From positions 1 through 64,000 of the IMG/VR virus record IMGVR_UViG_3300025603_000009: a stretch of 64,000 nucleotides of DNA. One strand, 5' to 3'. The notes beneath the pieces were generated by a model that had not been told where the DNA came from, did not search any database, and worked only from the letters and a program-made list of their open reading frames with translations. The translations under genes and the position numbers were made by a program. Numbering within the stretch: position 1 is the first letter of the stretch; each line of letters starts with the position of its first letter. This document shows positions 19,901-28,601 of the stretch, in pieces. The stretch is from a virus.

Positions 19901-22900
19901 TCTTTTAGCAACACTTTCAATTTTATTTTTTGATGCTTGTATTAATTGTCCGTAACTTTTTTGAGTAACTTCTGTTTCAAAAGAACCTTTATCCATTACA
20001 TGATTACGAATACGTTGTAAAATTTCTTTTTGTTTACTAACTTCACCTAATACATTTTCTGTTTTTATCCAAGCTACATCATGCACATATGCTACAAGTT
20101 GTCCATCAGCCCAAATACCGATAGGTACTAAACTATTTTCTCGTAAATTTTCATCTTTTTCACGTTGACGCAAACTATCATAAGATACAATATCTCCATT
20201 ATCATACGTTTTAAGAAAACTTGTAGCAGGTCTTAATGTAATTTTAGTACCAGGTTGATATTTATTAATATCAAGTATAGTTGGATCAATTAAACCATCA
20301 TTAAGAAAATCATCAATATCTTGTTTTTTAACATATACACTATCTTGAACTGCACTTATAACTTTTTCATACGCCCGTGAAAGATACGCAAAGTTATTAA
20401 ACCCTTGTCTAGTTCTTAATCCATCATATACAACACCACCATTATCTCCCATATCAAGTGCATGAACAATTGCATGAGTTAATAAATCAGCAGCCATTTT
20501 AGTTTCTTCTCGCACTAATCGTTCGTCACCTTTAGAATAAAATTCATCACCAACAGGACGACGATTAATTTTAGCTTGTAATGATGCTACTTTTTCTTGT
20601 TCGCCATCATTAAGAAACACATCTTCAAAAGTTAATTCAGTTTGTACTGTAGTATCAGCAAGAGCATTAAATAAATTTTTAAATCTTGGAAAGATATTAA
20701 TCATTTTATCTGTACCTACAACACTTGAAATATATTTACTAATAGCTGCAAAATCATTTATATCATAACCAATCTTTTCAAGATTATCTACCATTTCTGC
20801 CATTTTACTTAAAGCAGCAGCATTTTTAGTCCAGTTATTAGCTTTTGATTTTGCACTATTATCTCCACTAGAAATAGCAAGATCGACTTTACTGCCATCA
20901 TCTTCGCTTTCATCATCAGAAAGAATATTACCTAATTCTTCAGCAGCTTTTCTTGCAGTTTCTTCTGCTTGATTATTATTTTTAAGTATTTTATTTTTTT
21001 CTTTTTTAGCCCAATTAACAACTTGCTGTTCAGTTTTAGTTAATTTTTTACCAGACCTAGATTGAGTATTAATAATATGATTTAAAAATTGTAATTTTGT
21101 ATCTAAATCTGTATACTTATTATACTCAGCTTTAATTTTTGCTAATACTTGACCTGTAACATCAGAAGCAGCTTGAGCCGCATCTTTTTCTTTTTTGGCT
21201 TTTTCACGTTTTTTACGATTAGTATCTTCTTGTGCTTTACGTTCTTCTTCTGCTTTCTTTATATCTTTATCAGAAGGGGGTTTAGCATTTGGGTCATTTG
21301 CTTCAGCAGCAGCTTTTTTAGCATTTTTATCAGCTTCTCTTTTTGCTGCTTCGTCTGCATTTTTATTTTTATTTGCAGCGTTTTTACTTTTATTTTTAAC
21401 TTTTTCTTCTGCTGCTTTTTTCTTTTTATCTGCGGCAACTTGTCTTTTATCTTTTTTAAGTTTCTTTTTAGCGTCTTTTAACTCTTGTTTAAGTTCATCT
21501 TGTTTTTCATCTGAAATAAGAGTAGCGTAATCTTTATCAATTTCGGTTACTTTTTCAGTTGATGATGTAACAAACGTATTAAGTGCTTTATAATCTTCTA
21601 CAGCAGCCGCAGAAGTTTCAGTCATTTTATCTTGAAGTATTTTAATTCTAGTTTTTCCTTCTTCATTAACACCTGTTAAATCAGGATTTAACAAAGATTG
21701 CAAACTTGTATCAATAGTTTCTCTACGAACAACTTCACCATCAGGACCAACAACATCATAAAAAGTTTTTAATTCTGGTTTACCCTGAAGAATAGCTTGA
21801 AATCTTTTATTAATTTTTGCTTCAACTTCTGTACGTTCTGTTGTAGCTTCATCTATATATTTTTCTGCTTGTGTAATTTTTGCACGATTAAAATATACTT
21901 CTCTACTATTTACAAACTCTTGTGCATTTATATATGCAGACTCTAATTGTTCAATACGTTGAATTGCAGCATCTGCACGTTTTGTATGTGAAAGTTTAGC
22001 AGGACCGTTTTCACCTTTAGTATAACCTTTTGCCGTAGCTTCTTCTTCAGTCATTGATTTAAATGCTGTATAAGCCTCAATAAGTTGCTCTGTTGTACCG
22101 TTTTCAAAGGCAGTTAAAGATTGAGCTTCAAGTAATTTTTCAGTTAACGCTTCAGCTTTAGAATCATCACCGTTTACTCTAGCTTCTTCTATTTGACTAT
22201 ATAACAACATTGCATCTCTTGTAGAAAGAAATGCGTCAGTAGCATTAGGAATATTTTCAGTTTCACTAAATTCTTTTAATTTTTTAAGTTCTTCTTGTTG
22301 TCTAGTATAACGTTCTTTATCTTTTTTAGCTAAAGAAACTCTTTGCCCATTTTCATCTTTTTTACCAGAAATTTTACTATTACGATAAGCAGCAGACAAC
22401 ATAGTTTGTCCACCTCCACCCATAGCACCAAGTAAACCAGCTTCAAACCCTTCAAGAGAAGCCATATCATCAAAAGCATTACTTAATCCATAATCTTCAC
22501 CATATGAATCAGCAAGTGCAGCATTTTCTGCAATCATATTAATATCTTCTTCTAAATACTCTTGTGCTGATTCGTAACCTACTTTTTTAAGTGTATTTTT
22601 TTTAGTTATATCTTTTAGTACCTGACGTGTCATATGAGGTACTTTCATAAACATTCCTGCACTAGTCATATTAAGTGCAATGTTTAATCTGTTTATATTA
22701 ACTGATTGTGATGCGTGTAAAGCAGCTTTTTGTTTAGCATATTCAACTTGCGGCATACCCATTTCAGGATTCCATTCTTCAAAAGCATTAGAATAAACTT
22801 GATTGTATACACCCGTTGCAACACCTATACTTTCTGCTTGATTTAATATAGCAGAATTTAAAAATCGGCTTGTAATTTGTTCTGCTTTTAAAGCGGCATT

Positions 22901-23545
22901 ACTACTACCTCTTGCACCTTTTTCTAAACCTCTTATCCATTTAAGAGCATTAACGCCTTTACCAACTTCGGCAAGTGTTAAAGGTCCAGTTATAGCACCC
23001 GTAAGAACAAATGCACCTGCACTTTCTACAATAGAACTACCATTTTCTGCCCACCATGCAAAATCTCCTACATCTAAAGTTTTACCAGGATTATCACGAT
23101 AAATATTAAATGTTTTATCTAAACCACGTTTTTTATAATCAAGCCAATTTGTTAACGCATTTCCTACTTCATCATCTTGATTAAAATAATCTTCTATATC
23201 TAACATAGAAGCTAAATTACCAACAGTTGTTAATCCAACTTTACTTACTATACGACCTAAAGCATTACCAGCTTGTTGCCAATTACTTTGATTAGCTGCT
23301 CTTAAACTATTTAATTTAGTTTTGCCATGTTCAGGACGAAATGATACCATATAATCTTCATAGTTATCACGACCATGATTATAATTAACAGGGTCAGGAA
23401 TACTTGAATTTCTACTAGCATTATTAAATACGTCCATAATACTTCCACCACTTTTAAAAGGTGATGAATTTTTCATACCTCTATTGTTATTAACAACATC
23501 ACTAGGTGAAACAGTACGATTAAATAAATCTATTGGATTAGCCAT
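16961..23545 (-). CDS. large ejected cargo protein
   Basis: 2194 aa; hydrophobic N-terminal helices, K/A-rich and E-rich linkers; immediately upstream of the vRNAP gene. Confidence 0.75.
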   Translation of the reverse strand: MANPIDLFNRTVSPSDVVNNNRGMKNSSPFKSGGSIMDVFNNASRNSSIPDPVNYNHGRDNYEDYMVSFRPEHGKTKLNSLRAANQSNWQQAGNALGRIVSKVGLTTVGNLASMLDIEDYFNQDDEVGNALTNWLDYKKRGLDKTFNIYRDNPGKTLDVGDFAWWAENGSSIVESAGAFVLTGAITGPLTLAEVGKGVNALKWIRGLEKGARGSSNAALKAEQITSRFLNSAILNQAESIGVATGVYNQVYSNAFEEWNPEMGMPQVEYAKQKAALHASQSVNINRLNIALNMTSAGMFMKVPHMTRQVLKDITKKNTLKKVGYESAQEYLEEDINMIAENAALADSYGEDYGLSNAFDDMASLEGFEAGLLGAMGGGGQTMLSAAYRNSKISGKKDENGQRVSLAKKDKERYTRQQEELKKLKEFSETENIPNATDAFLSTRDAMLLYSQIEEARVNGDDSKAEALTEKLLEAQSLTAFENGTTEQLIEAYTAFKSMTEEEATAKGYTKGENGPAKLSHTKRADAAIQRIEQLESAYINAQEFVNSREVYFNRAKITQAEKYIDEATTERTEVEAKINKRFQAILQGKPELKTFYDVVGPDGEVVRRETIDTSLQSLLNPDLTGVNEEGKTRIKILQDKMTETSAAAVEDYKALNTFVTSSTEKVTEIDKDYATLISDEKQDELKQELKDAKKKLKKDKRQVAADKKKKAAEEKVKNKSKNAANKNKNADEAAKREADKNAKKAAAEANDPNAKPPSDKDIKKAEEERKAQEDTNRKKREKAKKEKDAAQAASDVTGQVLAKIKAEYNKYTDLDTKLQFLNHIINTQSRSGKKLTKTEQQVVNWAKKEKNKILKNNNQAEETARKAAEELGNILSDDESEDDGSKVDLAISSGDNSAKSKANNWTKNAAALSKMAEMVDNLEKIGYDINDFAAISKYISSVVGTDKMINIFPRFKNLFNALADTTVQTELTFEDVFLNDGEQEKVASLQAKINRRPVGDEFYSKGDERLVREETKMAADLLTHAIVHALDMGDNGGVVYDGLRTRQGFNNFAYLSRAYEKVISAVQDSVYVKKQDIDDFLNDGLIDPTILDINKYQPGTKITLRPATSFLKTYDNGDIVSYDSLRQREKDENLRENSLVPIGIWADGQLVAYVHDVAWIKTENVLGEVSKQKEILQRIRNHVMDKGSFETEVTQKSYGQLIQASKNKIESVAKRFPDENLGFAISKQGFLMTGKGRKFKGKVIGKASNRREGYTYALLPVGKKDGETMYLPVPLQKEKISEQASESIVQAVQAWIDGVPSDLTKELDNYGYNILTTNGLKSYIGLFVHSVGSDINEIAEKVDSIIHLLDVNTKTNSLDFTRGKGAGGKLGFYKGMTTKAAETTMAVFKAHIKEHYTRFDIAKLGTTKYVVPYISSDGKVSSVQNTYTDHIKLNTVTNLMSIKLPNGNYAYTLQPVIKFDVKGVPGIKQEDVADPMSITLDLTTIPTPVAEEVVVEAVQETTKEVEKAKTTPVKPPNKEKDDNQTELNFEEETAEKTVEEVVEKVVEEETVKEVVVEEEVVEETVEKEEEKKRKEEEKKEKEEEKIAADSKEKLKTLNDNLTQKEKELKEANELLEELEQDSSTDNKINTTEEKRQKAEKTVEKLGTNTTEAVEEVLENEVTDDEVEEAAEEDDTVEETKVKIVEKVKEKLKDPEVEVTGTNGFKALVNRIFQAIKKAILVIAILGSTTTVASVAATGDLNQMVEITTSVLGQTLQQTAIRGLSKYGVYNYTKTEEVVNEEAIVAAPTVVELKAEATKVEKEQYIKDNTYFKELGRIKDSHYKARKGANDSLLMIRNQFFNENGFVYVAGPIKSRMEAGETIGEDTKGGIQGGVKGVAHFMIFDDNGVDLTFKTSDAELEQASKDFKRNRIGKDIDSTDYVPVFKRDGYRIIVKYKLASEVEESDITITRLHQYKYGELNWQGKSDIGFSGAWGITTVDGKTVPNFVKTAAGPKAYSRFSGASAVFIFKDAKGNTIVRDVTGSIARLQTEANDIMKQFGVLPNNLTIGVYDAGSYTAKPLAKDGVLETDQYSGYNDIHPNSAGALIIPNTDPNPADGPNPVELGGGLTALLLALRKKKNSNKRITPNDIKKLKTAIKSIETEIANIKKEIVEATENSISDNFIDEDLGDIDDLVSDMSISVINDTFERKENPCK

Positions 23546-26352
23546 TATTTATTGTAATTTTCTACGTGTACGTGTTTATGAGGGGCATTAACACTATCAT
23601 GTATTAAATAACGCAAGCCCATTAATTGTGTATTATCACCACCCACTGTTAAAATTCTCCATCCAGGTGCATTAACATCTTCTATAGAATTAGCTTCTAA
23701 ATTAGTTTGTAAATCAGGCGTTAATTTTAAATCCATAGCATTTCCTATACTATGTTCACCACCACTATAAGCAAGATTGCCCATACTCCGTGATAAAGAT
23801 ACCGCTGATGTATTAACAGGAAGTATATTATTTAACACATATAATTTTCTAGCAAAATCGGCTTTAAATTTAAAACCAGTTAATAAACTTTCACTAATTT
23901 GAGTTTCATCTATATTTATATTACTAAACGTATCGTCAGTCATAGGTACAAATACCGCATCTCTAGCAAGAGCTTCTAAACCATTTTGAAAAGATAATAA
24001 ACTGCTATTAGGCACAGATTTTTCTCCAGTTTGTTTATCAATTATACTATAAGATGTTTCACCACGTTCATTAGTTTCTCTATATGCATCTACAGATGTA
24101 ACACCACCAAAACCATCATCTCCAACTATAAATTCAGTTGTTAAATTAGTATTTGGTTTTTGTTTAGTGTAATAAAAAGGGGCTAATTGTTGTTCTGTAT
24201 TATCATCTACAATTTGATACGCATAATCAACAACATTACCATATTTTTCAATTGCAACATTTCCTTTATCTGTATAATAATTAGAAAGTAATTCATTAAA
24301 GATTTTTCCTGAAACACCAGAATTTACTGTACCAAATTTTGTAGGTACAACATAAACATTACCTTCTTTACCTTTATCATTACTGTTTGTTCTATCTTTT
24401 ACATTAAATTTTCCTGCTAGTAAAAAACCTTTACCGCCAGGAACCCATGTAGTAGAACCGTGTACACTAAAACTTGCATTAGCTGCTTCAGGTGTAGTAC
24501 CCGAAACTTTTAAAAATTCATCATATGTTAAACTGTTACCTTCGTAAATATATGTGTATTCTTGAGGTTTATTATTTACCCATGCACTTAAAGTTTTACT
24601 AATAGTGCTTTCTTTACCTTCTTTATCTACACTAAAATCTATTACAGTTGGTTGATGTTCATATTGACTCCTAGTAGCAAAATATTCATCACTGTATTCT
24701 TCATTATTAACTTTATGATATGCACTTACTATAGGTTTTAAATCTTCTAGTGTTTCTCTAAGTCGGGCTAATTTATCACCATCAAAATCTCCACTAAACG
24801 CTCCTTTAAGATAACTAGGTCCAAACACACCATGATTTTTTAAATGGTGATTAGTGCTAATTATTCTACCTAAAAAAACCTGATCACGCGAGTCACGAAG
24901 TTTTCTTTTTGCTACTTCACTTAATACAGGTGCATAATTTAAATTATCAAGTGTTATTTGTGCGTTAGCGGGGTCAGAATTTGCTAAAGCAGGATTTGTA
25001 TCAACATTAAGTAAATCATCAGCCATGTTTATACTAACATCGTCGTACCTGTTAAGAGTTTCATTAAATATATCTTTTTTATACACAGAATCATCAGAAC
25101 TCACAATTTCATGTTCTAAATTAGTCAATTGCATATCTTGTATTAGATATGGGTCTATAGGGTCACCATTTTTATCTGTAGGATTTCTTAAATAATCATA
25201 ATAATCTTGACCACGAATTTTAGTCATATTATTTAATTTAGCTTGTTCAAGAAGTATACTAGAAGCATATTTTTGAGCTTCTATTTCTGCATCTGCTCTT
25301 TCACGATCTGTTGCATTTGGGTCTACAGAAGTTGTATATGCTTCATTATGTGACTTAGTATATGAACCTATTAAATCTTCTTGTGTAGAATACATTTCAT
25401 CATATTCTACACTAGTAGGTGGAAGTCCAGCAGGATTAGTAATAGCTTCTCCAATTGTATAACCTAAATAAGCAGATTTTGTTGATAGTTCTTGTTCAGA
25501 CGTTTTTCGTGCTTTAGTAGCTTCCGCTCGATTTAAACGTTCTAAATCACTAATATATGCTGCATCTTCTACTTTAAAAACCTTCATTAAACCAACATCC
25601 ATTAAACTTTGTTTAATGTTAGCTTCAGCCCATACAATAGGTTCGCCTTTGGAAGTATACGTACCGTCTAATTCAACTATTTTTTTGCGCTCTTGTTGAC
25701 CTTCAGGAGTTTGCATATAACGTTTATACGCATAATCATTTAAATTTTTAATTTTAGTTGCACTTATTTGAGTAATTTGATTGTTTTTAATTAAAGCAAA
25801 TTCTTCTTCAGTAATTAAACCTTGTGCAACTGCATCTTCTTGAATAATTCCCCAAATATCTTGTTTACGTTTGTCGTAATCTAATCTAGGTTGAACATCA
25901 GATTGGTAAGTTTGTATATTACCTTCATCATTATATGTAGCAAATTTATCAGGATCGTTAAATACTAAAGTATCTAAACCTTGAGATTTCATTTCACGAA
26001 TAAGTTCACGATCTTTATTAATAGCGGCTTTATTTTTTACTGCGGCATTTAATCCCTCATTTGTAGCTAAATTTTTACTAGCAAATCTAATTTCTGGTGT
26101 TAAACTTTCGTAATCTCCAGTTTTAGACATTTTGTTAATTTGTTCATTTAGAACATGAATAGCCTCGTCTTTAAGATTTTGATCATTTTCGCTTACATCT
26201 AAATTTGCAGCTAATACTTCTATAGTATCTATAGCTTGTAAATTATCGTCATAACGATTTTGAAGAACTCCCATTGTTTCATCAATTTGTTCAGTAGGCA
26301 TACCAGCGTATGTACTTTTAGGAGTTGCGTATGATAGTTTACTATAAGGCAT
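23545..26352 (-). CDS. cargo protein with C-terminal peptidase M15-like (LAS) domain
   Basis: Position in the cargo cluster; C-terminal GEHSIGNAMDL...HKHVHV. Confidence 0.7.
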   Translation of the reverse strand: MPYSKLSYATPKSTYAGMPTEQIDETMGVLQNRYDDNLQAIDTIEVLAANLDVSENDQNLKDEAIHVLNEQINKMSKTGDYESLTPEIRFASKNLATNEGLNAAVKNKAAINKDRELIREMKSQGLDTLVFNDPDKFATYNDEGNIQTYQSDVQPRLDYDKRKQDIWGIIQEDAVAQGLITEEEFALIKNNQITQISATKIKNLNDYAYKRYMQTPEGQQERKKIVELDGTYTSKGEPIVWAEANIKQSLMDVGLMKVFKVEDAAYISDLERLNRAEATKARKTSEQELSTKSAYLGYTIGEAITNPAGLPPTSVEYDEMYSTQEDLIGSYTKSHNEAYTTSVDPNATDRERADAEIEAQKYASSILLEQAKLNNMTKIRGQDYYDYLRNPTDKNGDPIDPYLIQDMQLTNLEHEIVSSDDSVYKKDIFNETLNRYDDVSINMADDLLNVDTNPALANSDPANAQITLDNLNYAPVLSEVAKRKLRDSRDQVFLGRIISTNHHLKNHGVFGPSYLKGAFSGDFDGDKLARLRETLEDLKPIVSAYHKVNNEEYSDEYFATRSQYEHQPTVIDFSVDKEGKESTISKTLSAWVNNKPQEYTYIYEGNSLTYDEFLKVSGTTPEAANASFSVHGSTTWVPGGKGFLLAGKFNVKDRTNSNDKGKEGNVYVVPTKFGTVNSGVSGKIFNELLSNYYTDKGNVAIEKYGNVVDYAYQIVDDNTEQQLAPFYYTKQKPNTNLTTEFIVGDDGFGGVTSVDAYRETNERGETSYSIIDKQTGEKSVPNSSLLSFQNGLEALARDAVFVPMTDDTFSNINIDETQISESLLTGFKFKADFARKLYVLNNILPVNTSAVSLSRSMGNLAYSGGEHSIGNAMDLKLTPDLQTNLEANSIEDVNAPGWRILTVGGDNTQLMGLRYLIHDSVNAPHKHVHVENYNK

Positions 26353-26370
26353 ATTAATGTTTTTATAACG

Positions 26371-26400
26371 AGAAAAGCCCTACACTGTATAGTGTAGAGC
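26371..26400 (-). terminator. intrinsic terminator/attenuator within the cargo cluster
   Basis: Minus strand GCTCTACACT-ATAC-AGTGTAGGGC-TTTTCT. Confidence 0.6.
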
Positions 26401-26432
26401 ATTAATATTTTTTACGTAAATAGCAATAGTAT

Positions 26433-28598
26433 TTACGTAGATTGTTCTTGATTTTTTATAAATTCTTTTAACCACGGTGTAGCTTTTCTATCCCAAACAC
26501 CGCTATCACGGTATTTAATCATTATCATTTCAATAGTTTGCCTATCAAGAATACGTTGATTATTATCAATACGCGCAGCAGTTAAATCTTCTGACATATT
26601 AGCATAATTCTCCGATTTTCTTCCTTGTATAGCATCGGGTCTTACAACCAAACTATTAGTTCTAAAATCGTTTATTGTATCTGTATTCTTATTTATAACA
26701 GTCTGAGCATTTATCATATTACGCTCTTTTTGTTGTTGTTCAGCTCTATTTACTTGACCTTCAAGATCAGTTTGTCCTTTTATTGTGGCAGCAAGGTTAG
26801 CGGCAATTCTATTAGATTGCGCACTAGAAGACCCACCTGCATTTCTAGTAGCTTTATTAGCCGACTTTTGTGCAGATAGCATATTATTTCTAATATCTGA
26901 TGTATTAATATCACCAGATGTAGGAACAACTTTTGCTAATTCAGGAGTAGGAAATTTTGGAGTATTATTTGTAAGCGTTCTATTAAGAATATTATCACTA
27001 AATCTACCAGCCATTTCAGAAATACGATCAAAATTTATATTTTTTGCTGCATTCTCTGTAGGTGTAGTAGTTTTAGTTGTAGGTAATTTTAAGCTTTTAT
27101 CTAAGTTATTATCTAAAATTGTAGGTCCAATTTTTTCCATCTTTTTCATGGATTCTTCAGGTTTTTTACCAGGAACTAATCCACTAGTTTTAGCAAAATC
27201 TTTTCGTAGTATCTCTAAAACTTCGTCTGAAATAATACCATCTTCAGACACTGCATACGGTACATTATCTTGTTTTGCTTTATATGGAGCATTTGTAGAA
27301 GCATCAGTATTATACTCCTTTTTAAATCTACGCATAGATGGACTCATTGACAATCCACTAATTTTAGCAAGATCTTCACGAGTTCTTGTTAATGATTCTG
27401 CAGACATAATACTATTATCTTGTGTAGCAGTAGGACCAGCCGTAGATGTTTTATAAGGTGCAGGGTCTTTAGTTTTTGTTTTATTTGGTAATTTTCCTAA
27501 ACCACTTATTTTATTATACGCCCTACTTATCTCTTTAAAATCAAAATCACTATATATACTATCATCAGAAGAAGCGGGCGCACCTCTTGCTACATCAATA
27601 TTATCTTGTCTAAATGGTATTCCATTGTCATTAGGCGAATCAAAACCTTCTAATCCACGAAGTAAACCATAAACAATATCGTCTTTTCCATCTTTATTAT
27701 TTCCGTAAGCATACTTAGGTACACGTGTACCATAAGCACCCATAGGTGTAGCCATTTGTCCTTGTTGCGGTTGTTGTTCATTAGCACCCATAGGTGCTTG
27801 TTGAGGTGCTTGTGGACTTTGTTGACCTTGTTGTTCTCCAGGATTACTTACACCTTCTTGCTGTTTAACCATTTCTTGCATCTGAAAAAGTTCCTCCATA
27901 GGATTTTTCATATTCTCTGCAATATGCTTACCAGAATTTATTTTATGTACATCACCTGAAGTCATATATTCTTTAGACTCCTTTTCTTCTTTTTTAAACT
28001 TAATATAAGCTGGAGATTTAGCTACTTCTGCAGCTGCATCAGCAAATGTTACACCATTAGGTAAAGTAAGTCTTGTACTAAATACTTTATCTTCAACTAC
28101 TACTTCTTTATCTTCAACTTCTACAGCAGGATTACCACTAGGATCGGATAATGTAACACCTGATCTACCATCATTATTTGTATCTTGTTCATGAGTATCT
28201 CCCACAATACGTTGCGCACCATTACCTTCAGGCACCATTTTACCACCCATAGCACCACCCATCCCCATAGTAGGAATTTTAGCACCGTATTTAGCATAAT
28301 AAGACGCACCATTAAACCCTCTTGTAGGATAATTATTTATGATTTGCCTAGACATCATTTCTTCATTTTCTAAACGCATACGTTCAGCTTCAGCTTCAAC
28401 ACGCATACGTTCTTGTTCTTGAGCTTTCGCATCAAAAATACTACCAATACCACCCGCTAAAAAACCAATACCTGCACCAATAGCGGCACCTTTTTTTCCA
28501 GGGGCTATAGCATTACCAACTTCAGCACCTGTACCTACACCACCCATAGCACCACTAAAGAAACTACCACCATAACTACGTTTAGGAACTGCATACAT
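26433..28598 (-). CDS. cargo protein 1-like (membrane-inserting ejection protein)
   Basis: N-terminal glycine zipper; GDTHEQ...GV...VEVEDKEVV...VFSTRL motif; directly follows the muzzle gene. Confidence 0.75.
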   Translation of the reverse strand: MYAVPKRSYGGSFFSGAMGGVGTGAEVGNAIAPGKKGAAIGAGIGFLAGGIGSIFDAKAQEQERMRVEAEAERMRLENEEMMSRQIINNYPTRGFNGASYYAKYGAKIPTMGMGGAMGGKMVPEGNGAQRIVGDTHEQDTNNDGRSGVTLSDPSGNPAVEVEDKEVVVEDKVFSTRLTLPNGVTFADAAAEVAKSPAYIKFKKEEKESKEYMTSGDVHKINSGKHIAENMKNPMEELFQMQEMVKQQEGVSNPGEQQGQQSPQAPQQAPMGANEQQPQQGQMATPMGAYGTRVPKYAYGNNKDGKDDIVYGLLRGLEGFDSPNDNGIPFRQDNIDVARGAPASSDDSIYSDFDFKEISRAYNKISGLGKLPNKTKTKDPAPYKTSTAGPTATQDNSIMSAESLTRTREDLAKISGLSMSPSMRRFKKEYNTDASTNAPYKAKQDNVPYAVSEDGIISDEVLEILRKDFAKTSGLVPGKKPEESMKKMEKIGPTILDNNLDKSLKLPTTKTTTPTENAAKNINFDRISEMAGRFSDNILNRTLTNNTPKFPTPELAKVVPTSGDINTSDIRNNMLSAQKSANKATRNAGGSSSAQSNRIAANLAATIKGQTDLEGQVNRAEQQQKERNMINAQTVINKNTDTINDFRTNSLVVRPDAIQGRKSENYANMSEDLTAARIDNNQRILDRQTIEMIMIKYRDSGVWDRKATPWLKEFIKNQEQST

Positions 28599-28601
28599 AT
28601 T

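Noticed and set aside
18407-21530. Plus-strand Ser/Phe-rich ORFs (18407, 18660, 21149, 21195) and similar antisense ORFs elsewhere
   Set aside because: Shadows of K/E-rich low-complexity coding on the minus strand
24775-24789. DFDGD (cellular RNAP-type catalytic motif) inside the 935-aa cargo protein
   Set aside because: No surrounding double-psi barrel context (no R-x-P upstream); the real site is DFDVD in the 3780-aa gene; probably chance
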